In this document: in pieces, positions 17,638 to 17,989 of the stretch
Layout: the number at the start of each line of letters is the position of its first letter
Numbering within the stretch: the first letter of the stretch is position 1
Assembly (NCBI RefSeq): GCF_006345805.1
Contig: NW_021824778.1
Location: 1 to 17,989 of the forward strand
DNA length: 17,989 nt
Origin: Octopus sinensis
Taxonomy: Eukaryota
Reading direction: 5' to 3'
The notes under the pieces: model-generated
Database searches by the model: none
What the model was told of the DNA's origin: nothing
The model's input: the letters and a program-made list of their open reading frames with translations, nothing else
Translations under genes and position numbers: made by a program

Positions 17638-17989
17638 AAACAGGGTAGTGCAAAAGTGAATATACAGTTATGAAGACAGAAAGCATGTGCAAAACTCATT
17701 TTTATCAAAAGAATTAAAACTTGTGACAAAAGTGTTATAATTATGATGAATGTATTATTATGGTTAATGACACTGAAAATATCAATATAATAACTATAAT
17801 GTGCTAATAATTTTAATGAATTAAGTATTATAACATTGATGTGATACTTACTGTATACCTACTTTTGCACTCCCTGTTTATATATGTGTGTGTGTGTGAG
17901 CGTAAGAAGGTTGAATTAGATTTGTCCTTTAATTTGGAGGTTTCTAAAAAGAATTTTTCTAATATAGATTCTTCATATTTTGCTGGTAG

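Overview
Very AT-rich, microsatellite-dense eukaryotic DNA made almost entirely of transposable-element debris. The SINE and LINE families look cephalopod (probably Octopus); this is recognition from memory, not a database result. No host gene is supported. Contents: two full tRNA/CORE-type SINEs; 3' ends of two CR1-group LINEs, one sharing its tail hairpin with the SINEs; a MITE; a mirror-image pair of Helitron modules (one with a Pif1 helicase remnant, one next to a 166-bp satellite, one after a piggyBac left end); and a decayed Penelope-like element (RT + GIY-YIG) with an inverted 5' segment. The main unannotated signal is a set of about seven type-I hammerhead ribozyme (HHR) motifs on both strands, all with the minimal or palindromic stem III of Penelope/retrozyme HHRs and all with non-canonical cores. 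Two of them (U3-A8 core) sit 328 nt apart in an ORF-less tandem-plus-inverted repeat that could release a ~328-nt self-cleaved, circularisable RNA. Two others have ~90-nt extended stem II arms. Several fold-back palindromes are also present. Nearly all ORF-track entries are microsatellite artefacts.
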